Source of the DNA: an uncultured virus (IMG/VR IMGVR_UViG_2775506815_000003)
Taxonomy: Duplodnaviria > Heunggongvirae > Uroviricota > Caudoviricetes
DNA: 64,000 nt
Virus record (IMG/VR): IMGVR_UViG_2775506815_000003
Span: 1 to 64,000 of that record
Strand: one strand, 5' to 3'
Shown here piece after piece: positions 8,961 to 19,334 of the stretch. The translations under genes and the position numbers were made by a program. Numbering within the stretch: position 1 is the stretch's first letter; each line of letters opens with the position of its first letter. The notes beneath the pieces were generated by a model. It was not told the DNA's origin, searched no databases, and was given only the letters and a program-made list of their open reading frames with translations.

Positions 8961-9249
8961 TACGGTTTTAGACTTAAGATACAACATAGCAGCCTTGTAT
9001 ATAGCAATTTTAAAGGAAGGCATAGCAACACCAGAGCAGGCATTTGCGGTTGTCTCCAATACATCAGTTATAAAAGCCACTACAGATGAAGATGTGAAAG
9101 ACATGATAGCAATGAGAAATCAAGGACTAACTTATAAACAAATAGCTGAAATATATGGTTCAACAGATTCAAATATATATCACAGAATTGAATATAAAAA
9201 AAGACCTTTCAGCCACCAACTGAAAAGGTCGAAAACAAAAACTATTTAA
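8950..9249 (+). CDS. Small HTH DNA-binding protein
   Basis: GLTYKQIAEIYG motif. Confidence 0.6.
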   Translation: MKDDTVLDLRYNIAALYIAILKEGIATPEQAFAVVSNTSVIKATTDEDVKDMIAMRNQGLTYKQIAEIYGSTDSNIYHRIEYKKRPFSHQLKRSKTKTI

Positions 9250-9281
9250 CTTATTATACCACATTGAAAGGAGAATAAAAG

Positions 9282-9485
9282 ATGGATGCTATCGGAATAT
9301 ATATAAATCATGTAAATCAATCTAAAACAGGGATTGAAAAGGAAATGTATTATCTAATTGAGCAAAATATGGAACTAGAAAGAATTTTAAGAGAAGCGAA
9401 AGAAGCTGAGAGGAAATTAAATAAAAACAAAGAGAGGTTTATGGAGTTAGCAGTACAGTATGCGAATATGAAGGGAGATATATAA
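9282..9485 (+). CDS. Hypothetical coiled-coil protein
   Basis: ORF with AAAGGAG RBS. Confidence 0.55.
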   Translation: MDAIGIYINHVNQSKTGIEKEMYYLIEQNMELERILREAKEAERKLNKNKERFMELAVQYANMKGDI

Positions 9486-9971
9486 ATGCTTAAATTGTAT
9501 GAGTTAACGGAAATGTATAGGAATATTCAAGAGTTAATAAGTGATGATGATGTAGATGTTAAATCTTTAGAAAATGCACTAAGTCAAATTGAAGGTGACA
9601 TCAATTCTAAGGCTGAGAACATAGCTAAATTGATTAGAGGCATGGATGGAGATATAGAAGCATTAAAAACCGAAGAAAAGAGATTAACAGATAGAAGAAA
9701 GGCTTTAGAGAATAAAAAGAACGGGATTAAGAATTATTTAGAAATGCAATTAAAAGCCATGGAAATTGATAAAGTTAAAACTCCATTGTTTACAGTATCA
9801 ATACAAAACAATCCTCCAAGTGTTGACGTAATAAATGAAGAACTTATTCCGAAAGAGTTTACAAAAACGACAACAACAGTATCAAGAAAAGATATTCTAG
9901 AAGCTTTGAAGAATGGAGAAGAAGTTCCGGGAGTAGAGTTGAAACAAACTAAATCATTAAGAATTAGATAG
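9486..9971 (+). CDS. Siphovirus Gp157-family protein
   Basis: KLYEL N-terminus, NNPPSV, GEEVPG..SLRIR C-terminus. Confidence 0.85.
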   Translation: MLKLYELTEMYRNIQELISDDDVDVKSLENALSQIEGDINSKAENIAKLIRGMDGDIEALKTEEKRLTDRRKALENKKNGIKNYLEMQLKAMEIDKVKTPLFTVSIQNNPPSVDVINEELIPKEFTKTTTTVSRKDILEALKNGEEVPGVELKQTKSLRIR

Positions 9972-9983
9972 GAGGGTTTTGAT

Positions 9984-10880
9984 ATGACTAATAAGATAGC
10001 AAATAAAAATAATAGTATCGCACAAAATCATACAGTTAAATCTTTATTAAATATTGAAGGATATCAAAAAAGGTTTAGAGAGGTATTAGGGAGTAGAGCA
10101 CCTCAGTTTATGAGTAGCATTATAAGTGCAGTAAACAGTAATGCAGCACTAGGAGAATGTGAACCAAATACAGTTATTCAATCGGCATTAAAAGCAGCAA
10201 TATTAGATTTGCCCATAGAAGATAATTTCGGATTTGCATATTTAGTGCCTTATTACAATAGTAAAAAAGGATATAAAGAATGTCAATTTCAACTAGGATA
10301 TAAAGGTTGTATTCAACTGGCTTTAAGGACAGGCATGTATAGAAACATTAATGTAATAGACGTAAGAGAAGGAGAACTGAAAAGTTGGAATCCTCTTACA
10401 GAGGAGCTAGAAGTTGAATTTATCGTAGATGAAAAAGAAAGAGAAAGTAAAGGAGTATTAGGATATGCAGGGTATTTTTCTTTGTTAAATGGATTTGAGA
10501 AAAAAGTTTACTGGACTGTAGAAAGTTTATTAAATCATGCTACGAAATATTCTGCTCAATATAGAAAATATAAATCAGGAATGTGGTCGGACAACTTAGA
10601 TGATATGTGTAAAAAAACTGTAATTAAAAACATGATAAACAAATGGGGAATTCTATCAGTAGAAATGCAAACACCAAATCAGCAATTATTAGAAGCTATA
10701 AAAGCAGACCAAGCGGTAATAAGAAATGAGAATGAATACGACTATGTAGATAATGATCTAGGAGAAATAGTCGAAGCAGAAGTTGAGATAGAGGATAGCA
10801 CCGACGTTAATGATGATTTAGCAGATAATCCAGATTTACCATGGAATAACTCAGATGATGAAGATAATAAATCATTTTAG
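9984..10880 (+). CDS. recT: RecT-family single-strand annealing protein
   Basis: GFAYLVPY, QFQLGYKG.IQLALR, MCKKTV; acidic tail. Confidence 0.9.
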   Translation: MTNKIANKNNSIAQNHTVKSLLNIEGYQKRFREVLGSRAPQFMSSIISAVNSNAALGECEPNTVIQSALKAAILDLPIEDNFGFAYLVPYYNSKKGYKECQFQLGYKGCIQLALRTGMYRNINVIDVREGELKSWNPLTEELEVEFIVDEKERESKGVLGYAGYFSLLNGFEKKVYWTVESLLNHATKYSAQYRKYKSGMWSDNLDDMCKKTVIKNMINKWGILSVEMQTPNQQLLEAIKADQAVIRNENEYDYVDNDLGEIVEAEVEIEDSTDVNDDLADNPDLPWNNSDDEDNKSF

Positions 10881-10915
10881 ACTAGGAGCTTTATGCTCCT
10901 GGTCCTTATAAGTAG

Positions 10916-11176
10916 GTGATGTTTTTGGGTGAATGGATTAGTAAGGAAAAGAGATTAAGAATTTATAAAAGAGATAAATTTAGATGTAGATATTGTGGAA
11001 AGAAGTTAATACATGGGCAATTAAGTTTAGATCATGTAATTCCTAAAAGTAGGGGAGGCACAAATAAATATGAAAATTTGGTTACTTCTTGTGCCCAATG
11101 CCAATGGAGAAAACAAAATATGTTTTTAGAAGAAGTAGGAATGGAGATAATTGAATTGCGAAAGTTAGGTGATTAG
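10916..11176 (+). CDS. HNH endonuclease
   Basis: RD.F.CRYCG..LDHVIPKSRGG..NLVTSC..C. Confidence 0.85.
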   Translation: MMFLGEWISKEKRLRIYKRDKFRCRYCGKKLIHGQLSLDHVIPKSRGGTNKYENLVTSCAQCQWRKQNMFLEEVGMEIIELRKLGD

Positions 11177-12193
11177 ATGCCTGATAATGAAATATTAAAA
11201 GCTGAATTAGAAGATGGATACGGCAGGGTAGCAAACTTATTACTTGAGGCTCTTGCAATGTCAAAATTAAATGGAAAACAAATGAGTATATGTCTATTTA
11301 TTATTAGGAGGACATATTCATGGGGAAAGAAATCAGATGAAATAACTTTAAAAGACTTTGCTTTAGCTTGTGATAGTTCTGAAACCTATATGTCAAAACA
11401 GATAAAACAATTAATTAAATGGAAAGTTGTTTTAAGAAAAAATTATAGTCCAGGTAAGGTTCCAGAGTATGAAATAAACACAAGGGTTGACGAATGGGAC
11501 AAGGGTTGTCTAAACGTTCAAGGGTTAAATGAAAATGTAGTAAACAACACATATATAAGCTCAACCCTTAAACAAAAAGACAAGGGTTGTCTGAATGAAC
11601 AAGGGTTGAACGAAAGTATAAGACAAGGGTTGAACAATCAGGCAAGAGTACCCTTGAACGAAAGGACAAGGGTTGTCCAAGGTCAAAGCTTTGAAAATAC
11701 TGACGTTAAATGGTGTCTTAAAGAAAGTAGTAAAGAAAGTATAAAGAAAGATACTACTACTACAGAAGAGGAACAGTCAAAAACTGGAAACGAAGTTAAT
11801 CCTGTCGCCGATATAGGTGCCGATCCTATACAACAGGATGAGAGTAAAAGAGAATCAGATTTACAGAAGATAGAAGATTACTATAAACGAGAGGTTAGAA
11901 AGAAAGTACTTGTTAGTAATAATGATATGATTGGCATTACTCATGCCTATGATAAATACAAGGATGTAGATTTTATTATATCCGTAATGGAAAGAGCTAA
12001 GCAAGATAACATAAAAAGAAATGGAAGTTGTAAGATTAATTCATTTAACTATTTTGAACAGATTTTTGAAGAAGAATGGGAAAGAAAACATGCGAAAAAG
12101 GAGGCTATCAAAGATGGACCAACTTCAACAAGTAGCAGAAAGAATTTTAAATTCGATAAAAGCCAATTCCTCTGGAACAGAGGAGAAAGTTAA
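11177..12193 (+). CDS. Phage replication initiator (lambda O-like)
   Basis: KAELEDGY.RVAN.LLEAL..RRTYSW.K; internal iterons. Confidence 0.85.
   Translation: MPDNEILKAELEDGYGRVANLLLEALAMSKLNGKQMSICLFIIRRTYSWGKKSDEITLKDFALACDSSETYMSKQIKQLIKWKVVLRKNYSPGKVPEYEINTRVDEWDKGCLNVQGLNENVVNNTYISSTLKQKDKGCLNEQGLNESIRQGLNNQARVPLNERTRVVQGQSFENTDVKWCLKESSKESIKKDTTTTEEEQSKTGNEVNPVADIGADPIQQDESKRESDLQKIEDYYKREVRKKVLVSNNDMIGITHAYDKYKDVDFIISVMERAKQDNIKRNGSCKINSFNYFEQIFEEEWERKHAKKEAIKDGPTSTSSRKNFKFDKSQFLWNRGES
11481..11675. repeat. Replication origin iterons
   Basis: CAAGGGTT at 11481, 11500, 11519, 11581, 11600, 11624, 11667; inverted copies near 11561 and 11650. Confidence 0.85.
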
Positions 12194-12917
12194 ATATGAA
12201 TGCGAGATATGCAAAGACAAAGAATGGATTGATATACGTGATGAAGATGGACTAATAACTTCATCTATGCCTTGTAAATGTAGAGAAGTTAAGCTATATA
12301 AAAGAATACTTGAATCATCAGGAATAACTGAGGCTTTCTTAGAAAGAAACTTTGGAAACTTCAAACCTAAAAATCAAGCTATCGCAAATGCTAAAGCAAT
12401 GGCTATAGATTACGTTAAAAAGTTTGATAAAGTGAAGAATTCTAAAAATAACTCAATAGCCTTTGTAGGACAAGTAGGTGCTGGAAAAACACATCTAAGC
12501 ATAGCAATAGCAAATGAATTGATGAAAAGAAATATTGGAGTTAGATATATGCAGTATAGAGAAGATATAACGAGAATTAAACAAGTTGCAGCAGATGAAG
12601 AAAGCTATGCTAGGGAGATAAACAAATATAAAAATGCAACGGTATTACTCATAGATGATTTATACAAAAATGCCACTTATAAAACTAGATCAGGCTATGA
12701 AATTTTAAATGATGCAGATAAAAGAGCTATGTTTGAAATAATAAATTACAGATATTTTAAGAATGCTCCAATCATAATTTCAAGTGAATATTTAGCCGAA
12801 GATATATTGAGCTTTGATGAAGGCATTGGAAGTAGAATATTTGAAATGTGTAAAGGCTACATTATGGAATTCAAGGGGCAAGAACTTAACTATAGACTTT
12901 ATAAACAAGCCTTATAG
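12114..12917 (+). CDS. DnaC/IstB-like helicase loader ATPase
   Basis: CxxC..C.C, GQVGAGKTHL, LLIDDL; AGGAGG supports start 12114. Confidence 0.9.
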   Translation: MDQLQQVAERILNSIKANSSGTEEKVKYECEICKDKEWIDIRDEDGLITSSMPCKCREVKLYKRILESSGITEAFLERNFGNFKPKNQAIANAKAMAIDYVKKFDKVKNSKNNSIAFVGQVGAGKTHLSIAIANELMKRNIGVRYMQYREDITRIKQVAADEESYAREINKYKNATVLLIDDLYKNATYKTRSGYEILNDADKRAMFEIINYRYFKNAPIIISSEYLAEDILSFDEGIGSRIFEMCKGYIMEFKGQELNYRLYKQAL

Positions 12918-12927
12918 GAGGGATAAC

Positions 12928-13083
12928 GTGAAGCTTTGTTATAAATGCAATAGCCGAATGGTAGAAGTTAAACTAATAGATTTAAGAGGTAAGTCGTACC
13001 GAGCCTTAGTATGCACCTATTGTGGACATACCTATAGCAAGGATAAAGCTTTTAAAGGGAAGTTACAACTTAGAGCAGGATAA
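12928..13083 (+). CDS. Small zinc-ribbon protein
   Basis: CYKC..CTYC; AGGAGG RBS before GTG. Confidence 0.55.
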   Translation: MKLCYKCNSRMVEVKLIDLRGKSYRALVCTYCGHTYSKDKAFKGKLQLRAG

Positions 13084-13310
13084 GGAGGCATAAAGATGTC
13101 AAAGAGCTGCATTGACTGCAATAAAAGATATCCTGGTTGTCATAGCAAATGTAAAGCATATACAGAATACAGTCAACAAATGGAGAGAGAAAAGAGTGTA
13201 GGAGGAAGTGGATCATGAAAAGATGGAAGAAGTGGAAAAAGCTAATTAGAGGGACTTTACTCAGAGAATATATATTCATCAGTATTTTTTCAAGATAAGG
13301 AGAGATATAC

Positions 13311-13826
13311 ATGGGTTATCACAAGGGAGATGGATTTGAAGAGATAATAAACTTAGCAAATTTATCGTATAAAAGAAAAGAGATAGCATTAGTACAGAAG
13401 ATAGCAACACCAATGAAGCCAATTAGAAGGGGAAAGCAAATAGTATCAGCATACTATGAAGAAAAAAGTACACTAGACTACATAGGAATATATGGAGGAG
13501 TACCTATAGCTTTCGATGCAAAAGAAACCAAAGAAGAAACAAGGTTTCCTTTAAACAATGTTCAGCTACATCAAATTAAGTTTATGAAAGAATGGGACAA
13601 ACATGGAGGAATAACATTCTTACTCATATATTTTACTAAACTAGGAGCAGTGTATAGGCTTGATTGGACAACTTTGGACTGGTACTGGAATAGGTATCAA
13701 GAAAATAGAGGTAAAAGAGGATATGGAAGTATACCACTAAATGAATTTGAATGTAATTGTAAGCAATTAAAATCAAGAGATGGAATTATATTAGATTACC
13801 TGGAGGGGATAGAAAATGTCAAATAA
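13311..13826 (+). CDS. recU: RecU Holliday junction resolvase
   Basis: G..FE..IN, STLDYIG, FDAKET, HQI. Confidence 0.9.
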   Translation: MGYHKGDGFEEIINLANLSYKRKEIALVQKIATPMKPIRRGKQIVSAYYEEKSTLDYIGIYGGVPIAFDAKETKEETRFPLNNVQLHQIKFMKEWDKHGGITFLLIYFTKLGAVYRLDWTTLDWYWNRYQENRGKRGYGSIPLNEFECNCKQLKSRDGIILDYLEGIENVK

Positions 13827-14448
13827 GCTTCAAATAATTAATGAGAATACAGGAGAGATTCTTGAAGAACAAAAATTCACAGGAGGATATCATGTAATTT
13901 ACACTAACTTAGAGGACATGGGCAAGTTAAGACATATAAGAAAATTAGATAATGCTAAATTTGGAGACAAGCACTGGATTAAAAACTGGATATATAGACC
14001 TATAGCTGAGAAATTAGTAAAAAGATTTCCAGAGTTAAAGCATATTAAACCTAAAAATATATTGTTTATAGAAGATATGGAATGGGAAAAGCCAGATAGC
14101 TTAAAACCTAAAAAACATTGGATGGCTAAAATATCAAAAGCTAATCAACAATTTTCAGCAATGAGTGGATACGACTATATTCTAGAAACTAGGAGTTATT
14201 TTATTGAAAGGATGGCCAGAGAGCAAATTATAGCACTTATCTATCATGAGCTTAGACATATTGACGAGTGGGGAGATTTACAACCTCACGATATAGAAGA
14301 TTGGGATAACATGGTCGCAACATTAGGCAAGGATTGGGTTGAAACTTCGGCAGAAATTAAGAACTTAATTAAAGATGATATATTTTGGAGACAGTTGGAG
14401 CCAGCTGCTAAACAGTTAGATATGTTTGAAATAAAGGCAGTAAAGTAA
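13816..14448 (+). CDS. Putative phage metallopeptidase
   Basis: LIYHELRHI..PHDIEDW. Confidence 0.7.
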   Translation: MSNKLQIINENTGEILEEQKFTGGYHVIYTNLEDMGKLRHIRKLDNAKFGDKHWIKNWIYRPIAEKLVKRFPELKHIKPKNILFIEDMEWEKPDSLKPKKHWMAKISKANQQFSAMSGYDYILETRSYFIERMAREQIIALIYHELRHIDEWGDLQPHDIEDWDNMVATLGKDWVETSAEIKNLIKDDIFWRQLEPAAKQLDMFEIKAVK

Positions 14449-14465
14449 AATGGGAGGGTCAAATT

Positions 14466-15854
14466 ATGATTAAACTAGTTAGTATAGATAAAATAAAAAA
14501 TCATCCTGAGAATCCACGAAAAGATTTAGGAGATTTAACGGAATTGGCAGATAGTATAAAACAGAATGGAATACTACAGAACCTAACTATAGTGCCATAC
14601 GAAGATGGACACTGCGGATCCTGTAAACATGACAATCCACAGACGGGGTGGTGCAAGATAGACCATCAGGGAGGAGTACCTTGCACAGGATGGGAAAGTA
14701 AAGGTGTATATACAGTAGTGATCGGACATAGAAGATTAGCTGCAGCTAAGAAAGCAGGATTAACAGAAGTCCCATGTTCCATAGCTGACATGGACTATAA
14801 AACACAAATTGGCACAATGCTTGCAGAAAATATGCAACGATCTGATTTAACAGTATATGAGCAAGCTCAAGGGTTTCAGATGATGATGGACCTTGGTGAA
14901 ACAGTATCAAGTATTTCTGAGGAAACGGGGTTTTCAGAAAGTACGGTCCGTAGAAGAATGAAACTCCTTGAGTTGGATCAGGAGAAATTGAAAAAAACAA
15001 TGGGCCGTGGTGCAACTCTTTCTGATTATGTTGAACTTGAAAAAATTGAGGACATAGAGGTAAGGAACCAAGTACTTGAAAAAATAGGAACTAATGATTT
15101 TGATTGGACATTAAGAAGAGCCATAAATGAAGAACAGAGAAAGAAAAAGCTCAATGAGATACTTTTAGAAGTAAAAAAATTTGCTACTGAAACAAAAGAT
15201 ACATCTAGATTGGAATATGAAACTGCATACTGGGGAAGGCCTAGTGAAAAATTCACAATACCTGAAAATGTAGATGAAGTAGAGTATTTTTATGAAATTA
15301 AGCACGATTATATTTATCTTTATTATAAAAGTCCAGAAAGTGAGGATTTGGATAAAAGAAAAGAGGAAAGAGAGAAATTAAGGAAGGAAAAACATTTAAA
15401 ACTTGAGAATCTAACTGAAATAGCATATGAGTTAAGGCGAGGATTTATAAAAAACATTTCCAATACTAAGGCAAGAAAGAACATGAATACAATAATAGAA
15501 GGTACTCTATATACCATGGCGGAGAGTTACTACAGCCTTAATTATGAAGAAATGGCAGATATCATGGACATAGATATAAGTGATAAAGAAAATATAGAAT
15601 GGAAAGATATAGCAGGGGATATATGGAAGCAGCCGGAGTTATATCTATTAAAATCTACTTACTATATACTCGATAACCCTAGCGAAAACTATTTCAACTG
15701 GAATTGTGAATATAGACCAAATGAAAGTCTTGATTATGTGTATGACTTTCTTAAGAAATTAGGATATAAAATGTCTGATGAAGAGATAGCACTTCAAAAC
15801 GGTACACATGAGGTGTTTGTAGATATTGAATGGCCCACAGATAAAAAATATTAG
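14466..15854 (+). CDS. ParB/Spo0J-family protein
   Basis: NPRKDLGDL.ELA.SI..GILQ, GHRRLAAA, ENMQRSDL, HTH. Confidence 0.9.
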   Translation: MIKLVSIDKIKNHPENPRKDLGDLTELADSIKQNGILQNLTIVPYEDGHCGSCKHDNPQTGWCKIDHQGGVPCTGWESKGVYTVVIGHRRLAAAKKAGLTEVPCSIADMDYKTQIGTMLAENMQRSDLTVYEQAQGFQMMMDLGETVSSISEETGFSESTVRRRMKLLELDQEKLKKTMGRGATLSDYVELEKIEDIEVRNQVLEKIGTNDFDWTLRRAINEEQRKKKLNEILLEVKKFATETKDTSRLEYETAYWGRPSEKFTIPENVDEVEYFYEIKHDYIYLYYKSPESEDLDKRKEEREKLRKEKHLKLENLTEIAYELRRGFIKNISNTKARKNMNTIIEGTLYTMAESYYSLNYEEMADIMDIDISDKENIEWKDIAGDIWKQPELYLLKSTYYILDNPSENYFNWNCEYRPNESLDYVYDFLKKLGYKMSDEEIALQNGTHEVFVDIEWPTDKKY

Positions 15855-15866
15855 GGGGATAGATTT

Positions 15867-16010
15867 ATGAAATGTGAGGAAGAAGTTGCTAAATACTGTA
15901 TGCAGGCAGTAAAGTATAAAAAATATGCGAAGGTAAGAAAGTGCAATAAGTGTTGCTTCTACTGTAAGGTTAGATGTGACAATGTGTGTGAAAAAGCATT
16001 GGAGGGATAA
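15867..16010 (+). CDS. Small Cys-rich protein (47 aa)
   Basis: KCNKCCFYCKVRCDNVC; AGGGG RBS. Confidence 0.5.
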   Translation: MKCEEEVAKYCMQAVKYKKYAKVRKCNKCCFYCKVRCDNVCEKALEG

Positions 16011-16456
16011 TGATGAGAGAGATCAAATTTAGAGCATGGGATAAAGATGAAGAAAGAATGATATATTCTGGAACAGAACAAAATGACTATCCTTTTGCTT
16101 GGATGATACACAGTGATGGAATAGATATAGCCGAACACGACGGAACAGATTGGAACTATATTGATAACTTGGTATTAATGCAATATACAGGGTTAAAAGA
16201 TAAAAGCGAAGTGGAGATTTATGAGGGAGATATATACTCAGAGGAAGAATATATATTTGGTAAAATTCAAAAAACATATTGGAAAGTAATTTGGAGTGAA
16301 GAGGATTGTGGATTTCAGTTAGTGGCAAATATAGAAAAAAGTTATAGAGGAGAAAAATATCAGGAAGATGTATTTTTCCCCATAGGAGCGATAATGGGGA
16401 GAAAGATGGAATATGCAGGGAATATACACGAGAATCCAGAGTTATTGGAGGGATAG
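16010..16456 (+). CDS. YopX-family protein
   Basis: REIKFRAWD, MQYTGLKD, IYEGD, GNIHENPELL. Confidence 0.9.
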   Translation: MMREIKFRAWDKDEERMIYSGTEQNDYPFAWMIHSDGIDIAEHDGTDWNYIDNLVLMQYTGLKDKSEVEIYEGDIYSEEEYIFGKIQKTYWKVIWSEEDCGFQLVANIEKSYRGEKYQEDVFFPIGAIMGRKMEYAGNIHENPELLEG

Positions 16457-16458
16457 AA

Positions 16459-16650
16459 ATGGAGATAGAAAAACAGTATAATCAATCAAAGAAACAAAGT
16501 CTTAAGAATGAAATGATAGACTATATAGATGATACATTAAATGCAGCAGAAAGCATGGGGAGCCTTGAGTTCTTCACTATAGAAATGAATGTTCATAATG
16601 GGGAATTAAAAGCTAATTGTACATTAAAGAATAGAAAGAAGGTGTACTGA
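16459..16650 (+). CDS. Hypothetical protein
   Basis: ORF with GGAGG RBS. Confidence 0.55.
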   Translation: MEIEKQYNQSKKQSLKNEMIDYIDDTLNAAESMGSLEFFTIEMNVHNGELKANCTLKNRKKVY

Positions 16651-16651
16651 T

Positions 16652-16975
16652 ATGTGCGGTAATCCTTTTAAAATAGGGGATAATGTAGACGGTGACTTTG
16701 AAGTAGAAGAGTATACTACAAGTTTTATTAATATTGATTCTAATATTTTAATATGGAGAGTTATTGAAGGAATGAAAGTACTGACTCTTGATGAAATATT
16801 AGAACAGACTATAAAATACAATAAAAATCATAGAGAAGCATTAGGAGAGAAGTATGTACCTTTCATAAGAGTTGTTTATGAAACTGGATTATGGGGAGTT
16901 ATATTTGAAGTAGGGAACTATCCACCATTGGGAAAACAATGGATAGTACATGGCATAACAAAAGGATATGCTTAA
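16652..16975 (+). CDS. Hypothetical protein
   Basis: Abutting ORF in operon. Confidence 0.55.
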   Translation: MCGNPFKIGDNVDGDFEVEEYTTSFINIDSNILIWRVIEGMKVLTLDEILEQTIKYNKNHREALGEKYVPFIRVVYETGLWGVIFEVGNYPPLGKQWIVHGITKGYA

Positions 16976-17011
16976 TGAATATAATGTTATTTATGTAAAA
17001 TAGAGGAGAGG

Positions 17012-17281
17012 TTGAAGATGGATTCAATATCATTAGAACAATTAAGGTTAATGAAACATACCATAGGGTTTGAGCCAAATAGAGTTAAAAGAAATAAGTA
17101 CAAAGCTTATCGGAACTACTTTTGTGCTGGGAGTAATGAAATGAAAGAATTTAAAGATTTGATTACTAAAGATATGGCAGTAAAAGATATAAGAGATGGA
17201 TATATATACTACTTTTTAACAAACAAAGGGATAAATTATATATCGGAAGTTACAGGTATAAAAATAACTAAAATAGATTAG
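17012..17281 (+). CDS. Hypothetical phage protein
   Basis: MKHTIG..YRNYF motif; RBS. Confidence 0.55.
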   Translation: MKMDSISLEQLRLMKHTIGFEPNRVKRNKYKAYRNYFCAGSNEMKEFKDLITKDMAVKDIRDGYIYYFLTNKGINYISEVTGIKITKID

Positions 17282-17318
17282 CTGAACATTTCAAGCGTAA
17301 TATATAACAACTAAATAA

Positions 17319-17382
17319 GTCCTACCATACCTAGATGGCGGACACCAAGACTACTTAATTGTAGTTGAGGTGTCTTTTTTTA
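17319..17382 (+). terminator. Double hairpin ending in intrinsic terminator
   Basis: GACACC.AGACTAC/GTAGTT.AGGTGTC plus T run, preceded by a smaller hairpin. Confidence 0.6.
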
Positions 17383-17479
17383 TTACTTGTTAAACGTTGA
17401 ATCAAGTATTTTACAGTTTTATTACAATTTCATCAAGTAAAGAGATTGCATAATGGAAATTTATCATTAGGAGGATAAT

Positions 17480-17809
17480 ATGCAGATACTTATAACAGAA
17501 ATAGAAAGATTAAGGAAAGATTTAAACAATACAGTAGGAGAGCTCCAGAAGGCAGGATATAAGAAAGCAAAGACAGAGTATACTTACAGGATAGCATTAG
17601 CAAAAGAACTCTTAAAATTAAGAGATGGAGGGCTACCAGCTACACTTACCAATGATGTAGCTAGAGGAAATGAAGAAATAGCAAAATTTAAATTTAATAG
17701 AGATGTAGCAGAAACTATGTATGAATCTACATTAGAAAAGTTAAGAGCTATAAAAATAGAGTTAGGAATAGTAGAAAGGCAGATAGAAGCGACTAGGAGA
17801 GGAGAATAG
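17480..17809 (+). CDS. Hypothetical helical phage protein
   Basis: ORF with AGGAGG RBS. Confidence 0.6.
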   Translation: MQILITEIERLRKDLNNTVGELQKAGYKKAKTEYTYRIALAKELLKLRDGGLPATLTNDVARGNEEIAKFKFNRDVAETMYESTLEKLRAIKIELGIVERQIEATRRGE

Positions 17810-17823
17810 GAGGGACGAGCATT

Positions 17824-18213
17824 ATGCTGCTTATATCGACATATCAGGATTTACTTAGAGAAATAGAAATATACGAAAATAGATTAGATGATTTATATAG
17901 GGAGGATTATGCACTTAGAAGGATAGAATATAATAGAATAGATTTAGATGTATATGTAGAAAGAAAGCATAAATTAAATAATGAGGCAGCAATAATACAA
18001 GCTATCCTTGACGATAAAAGAGAAACTCAAAGACAAATATTAGAGAAACTAAAGCAACTTGAAGGATTAGAATACAAAATAGCATATAAGAGATTCATAG
18101 AAGGAAAGACGTTAAATGAAATAGCTGGGGAATTAGGGTACTCTTATCAATATATGAAAGAAGTGTCCGCTAAAACCTACCAAGAACCTACTGACAGGAG
18201 AATAGCTCCATGA
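17824..18213 (+). CDS. Late transcriptional activator-like (sigma70 region 4 HTH)
   Basis: FIEGKTLNEIAGELGYSY; position before packaging genes. Confidence 0.7.
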   Translation: MLLISTYQDLLREIEIYENRLDDLYREDYALRRIEYNRIDLDVYVERKHKLNNEAAIIQAILDDKRETQRQILEKLKQLEGLEYKIAYKRFIEGKTLNEIAGELGYSYQYMKEVSAKTYQEPTDRRIAP

Positions 18214-18318
18214 TACTATGTTAATATAAGATTAATATACAAAAGGATATATCAAAGTTGGCTGTGAATCTCACCTCTTCTGGGTGGGATTTTTTATTAT
18301 GCAAAATGAGGTGAGAGA

Positions 18319-18495
18319 ATGAATATAGGAGAAATTATAAGGTTTAGGGATATAGATATATATAGGAAGTTAAAAACTATGGTGAGAAGGCAGCAAAAGA
18401 AAGAAATTAAGCTTGGAGATAGACCTGAGAGACTTATGCAGCATGATAGTTATAGAAGGAAAGGGAGAAGGATTAAGCAAGTGAAGTGGGGATAA
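18319..18495 (+). CDS. Small basic protein (58 aa)
   Basis: GAGGTG RBS; LMQHDSYRRKGRRIKQ. Confidence 0.55.
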   Translation: MNIGEIIRFRDIDIYRKLKTMVRRQQKKEIKLGDRPERLMQHDSYRRKGRRIKQVKWG

Positions 18496-18552
18496 TAAAA
18501 GTCATAGATAAAACCTCCTTCCAAGGCACGTCTTTATAGGCGTGTCTTTTCT

Positions 18553-18594
18553 TGTCGAAAAATATATAGAGGATTTTAGAGATTTATGTAGAAG
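18553..18594 (+). promoter_or_regulatory. Spo0A box plus sigmaH-like promoter
   Basis: TGTCGAA at 18553; AGGA-17-GAAG. Confidence 0.5.
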
Positions 18595-18620
18595 TAGGTA
18601 GGAAAAGGGAGGGGATAAAA

Positions 18621-19205
18621 ATGAGTAAAAATGACGGAAAAAAGCAGGTAATAATAGGACTTATAATTAGTTTTCTATTATACGGATTGTTATGGTTTTT
18701 TTATTTGATAGCTGGAAGTTTTTTGAAATACACAACACCAGATATTAACACTTGGATGAATATAGTTGTTACAACATTTGGTACATTTTTTGGACCATAT
18801 GCAGCAATCCTAAGTACTTTATGGCTGCAGAATAAAAACAAAGAAGAAGAATTGGATAAAAATATAGAGTTTAGTAAAAATATTATTAATCTATTTTTAA
18901 TTCATGAAATAAAATATAACCTTAACAATGTATTGGGCGGCAAAGATGTGTTTTATGAAAGGTTTAAAAATGAAGATAAACCAACCCAATTTGGTTATAG
19001 AAACATAGAAATAAAGTCTGATGAATTTGATAAAATAAAGTATGAATTAATTAAATATAATAATGAAGATGTCAATGATATTATTGAATTGTATTTTATG
19101 TTTGAAACTTTAAAAAGTAACAAAGACATTAGCAAATTTAATCAAAAACAATTTGATGAAATTAAAAAAGTCTATCTAAAAAATGTTGACAAATATTTAG
19201 ATTAA
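18621..19205 (+). CDS. Moron, membrane protein
   Basis: Two N-terminal TM segments, AT-rich, own promoter. Confidence 0.7.
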   Translation: MSKNDGKKQVIIGLIISFLLYGLLWFFYLIAGSFLKYTTPDINTWMNIVVTTFGTFFGPYAAILSTLWLQNKNKEEELDKNIEFSKNIINLFLIHEIKYNLNNVLGGKDVFYERFKNEDKPTQFGYRNIEIKSDEFDKIKYELIKYNNEDVNDIIELYFMFETLKSNKDISKFNQKQFDEIKKVYLKNVDKYLD

Positions 19206-19258
19206 AAATTAGAATTCTAATAATGTTCTTAGTTTTTAGAAATGTTTCTATATAATTA

Positions 19259-19309
19259 TGTCGAAACTTGTGATAAGTAAATAAAGGATTTCCTTCTTTC
19301 TTGTAGAAT
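19259..19309 (+). promoter_or_regulatory. Spo0A box plus sigmaH promoter
   Basis: TGTCGAA at 19259; AAAGGATT with AGGA-17-GAAT. Confidence 0.6.
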
Positions 19310-19334
19310 AAATAGAGGGAAAGGGGGAAAAAGT

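Noticed and set aside
11481..11675. CRISPR array
   Set aside because: Repeats of 8-10 bp, irregular spacing, within a coding gene; no cas genes
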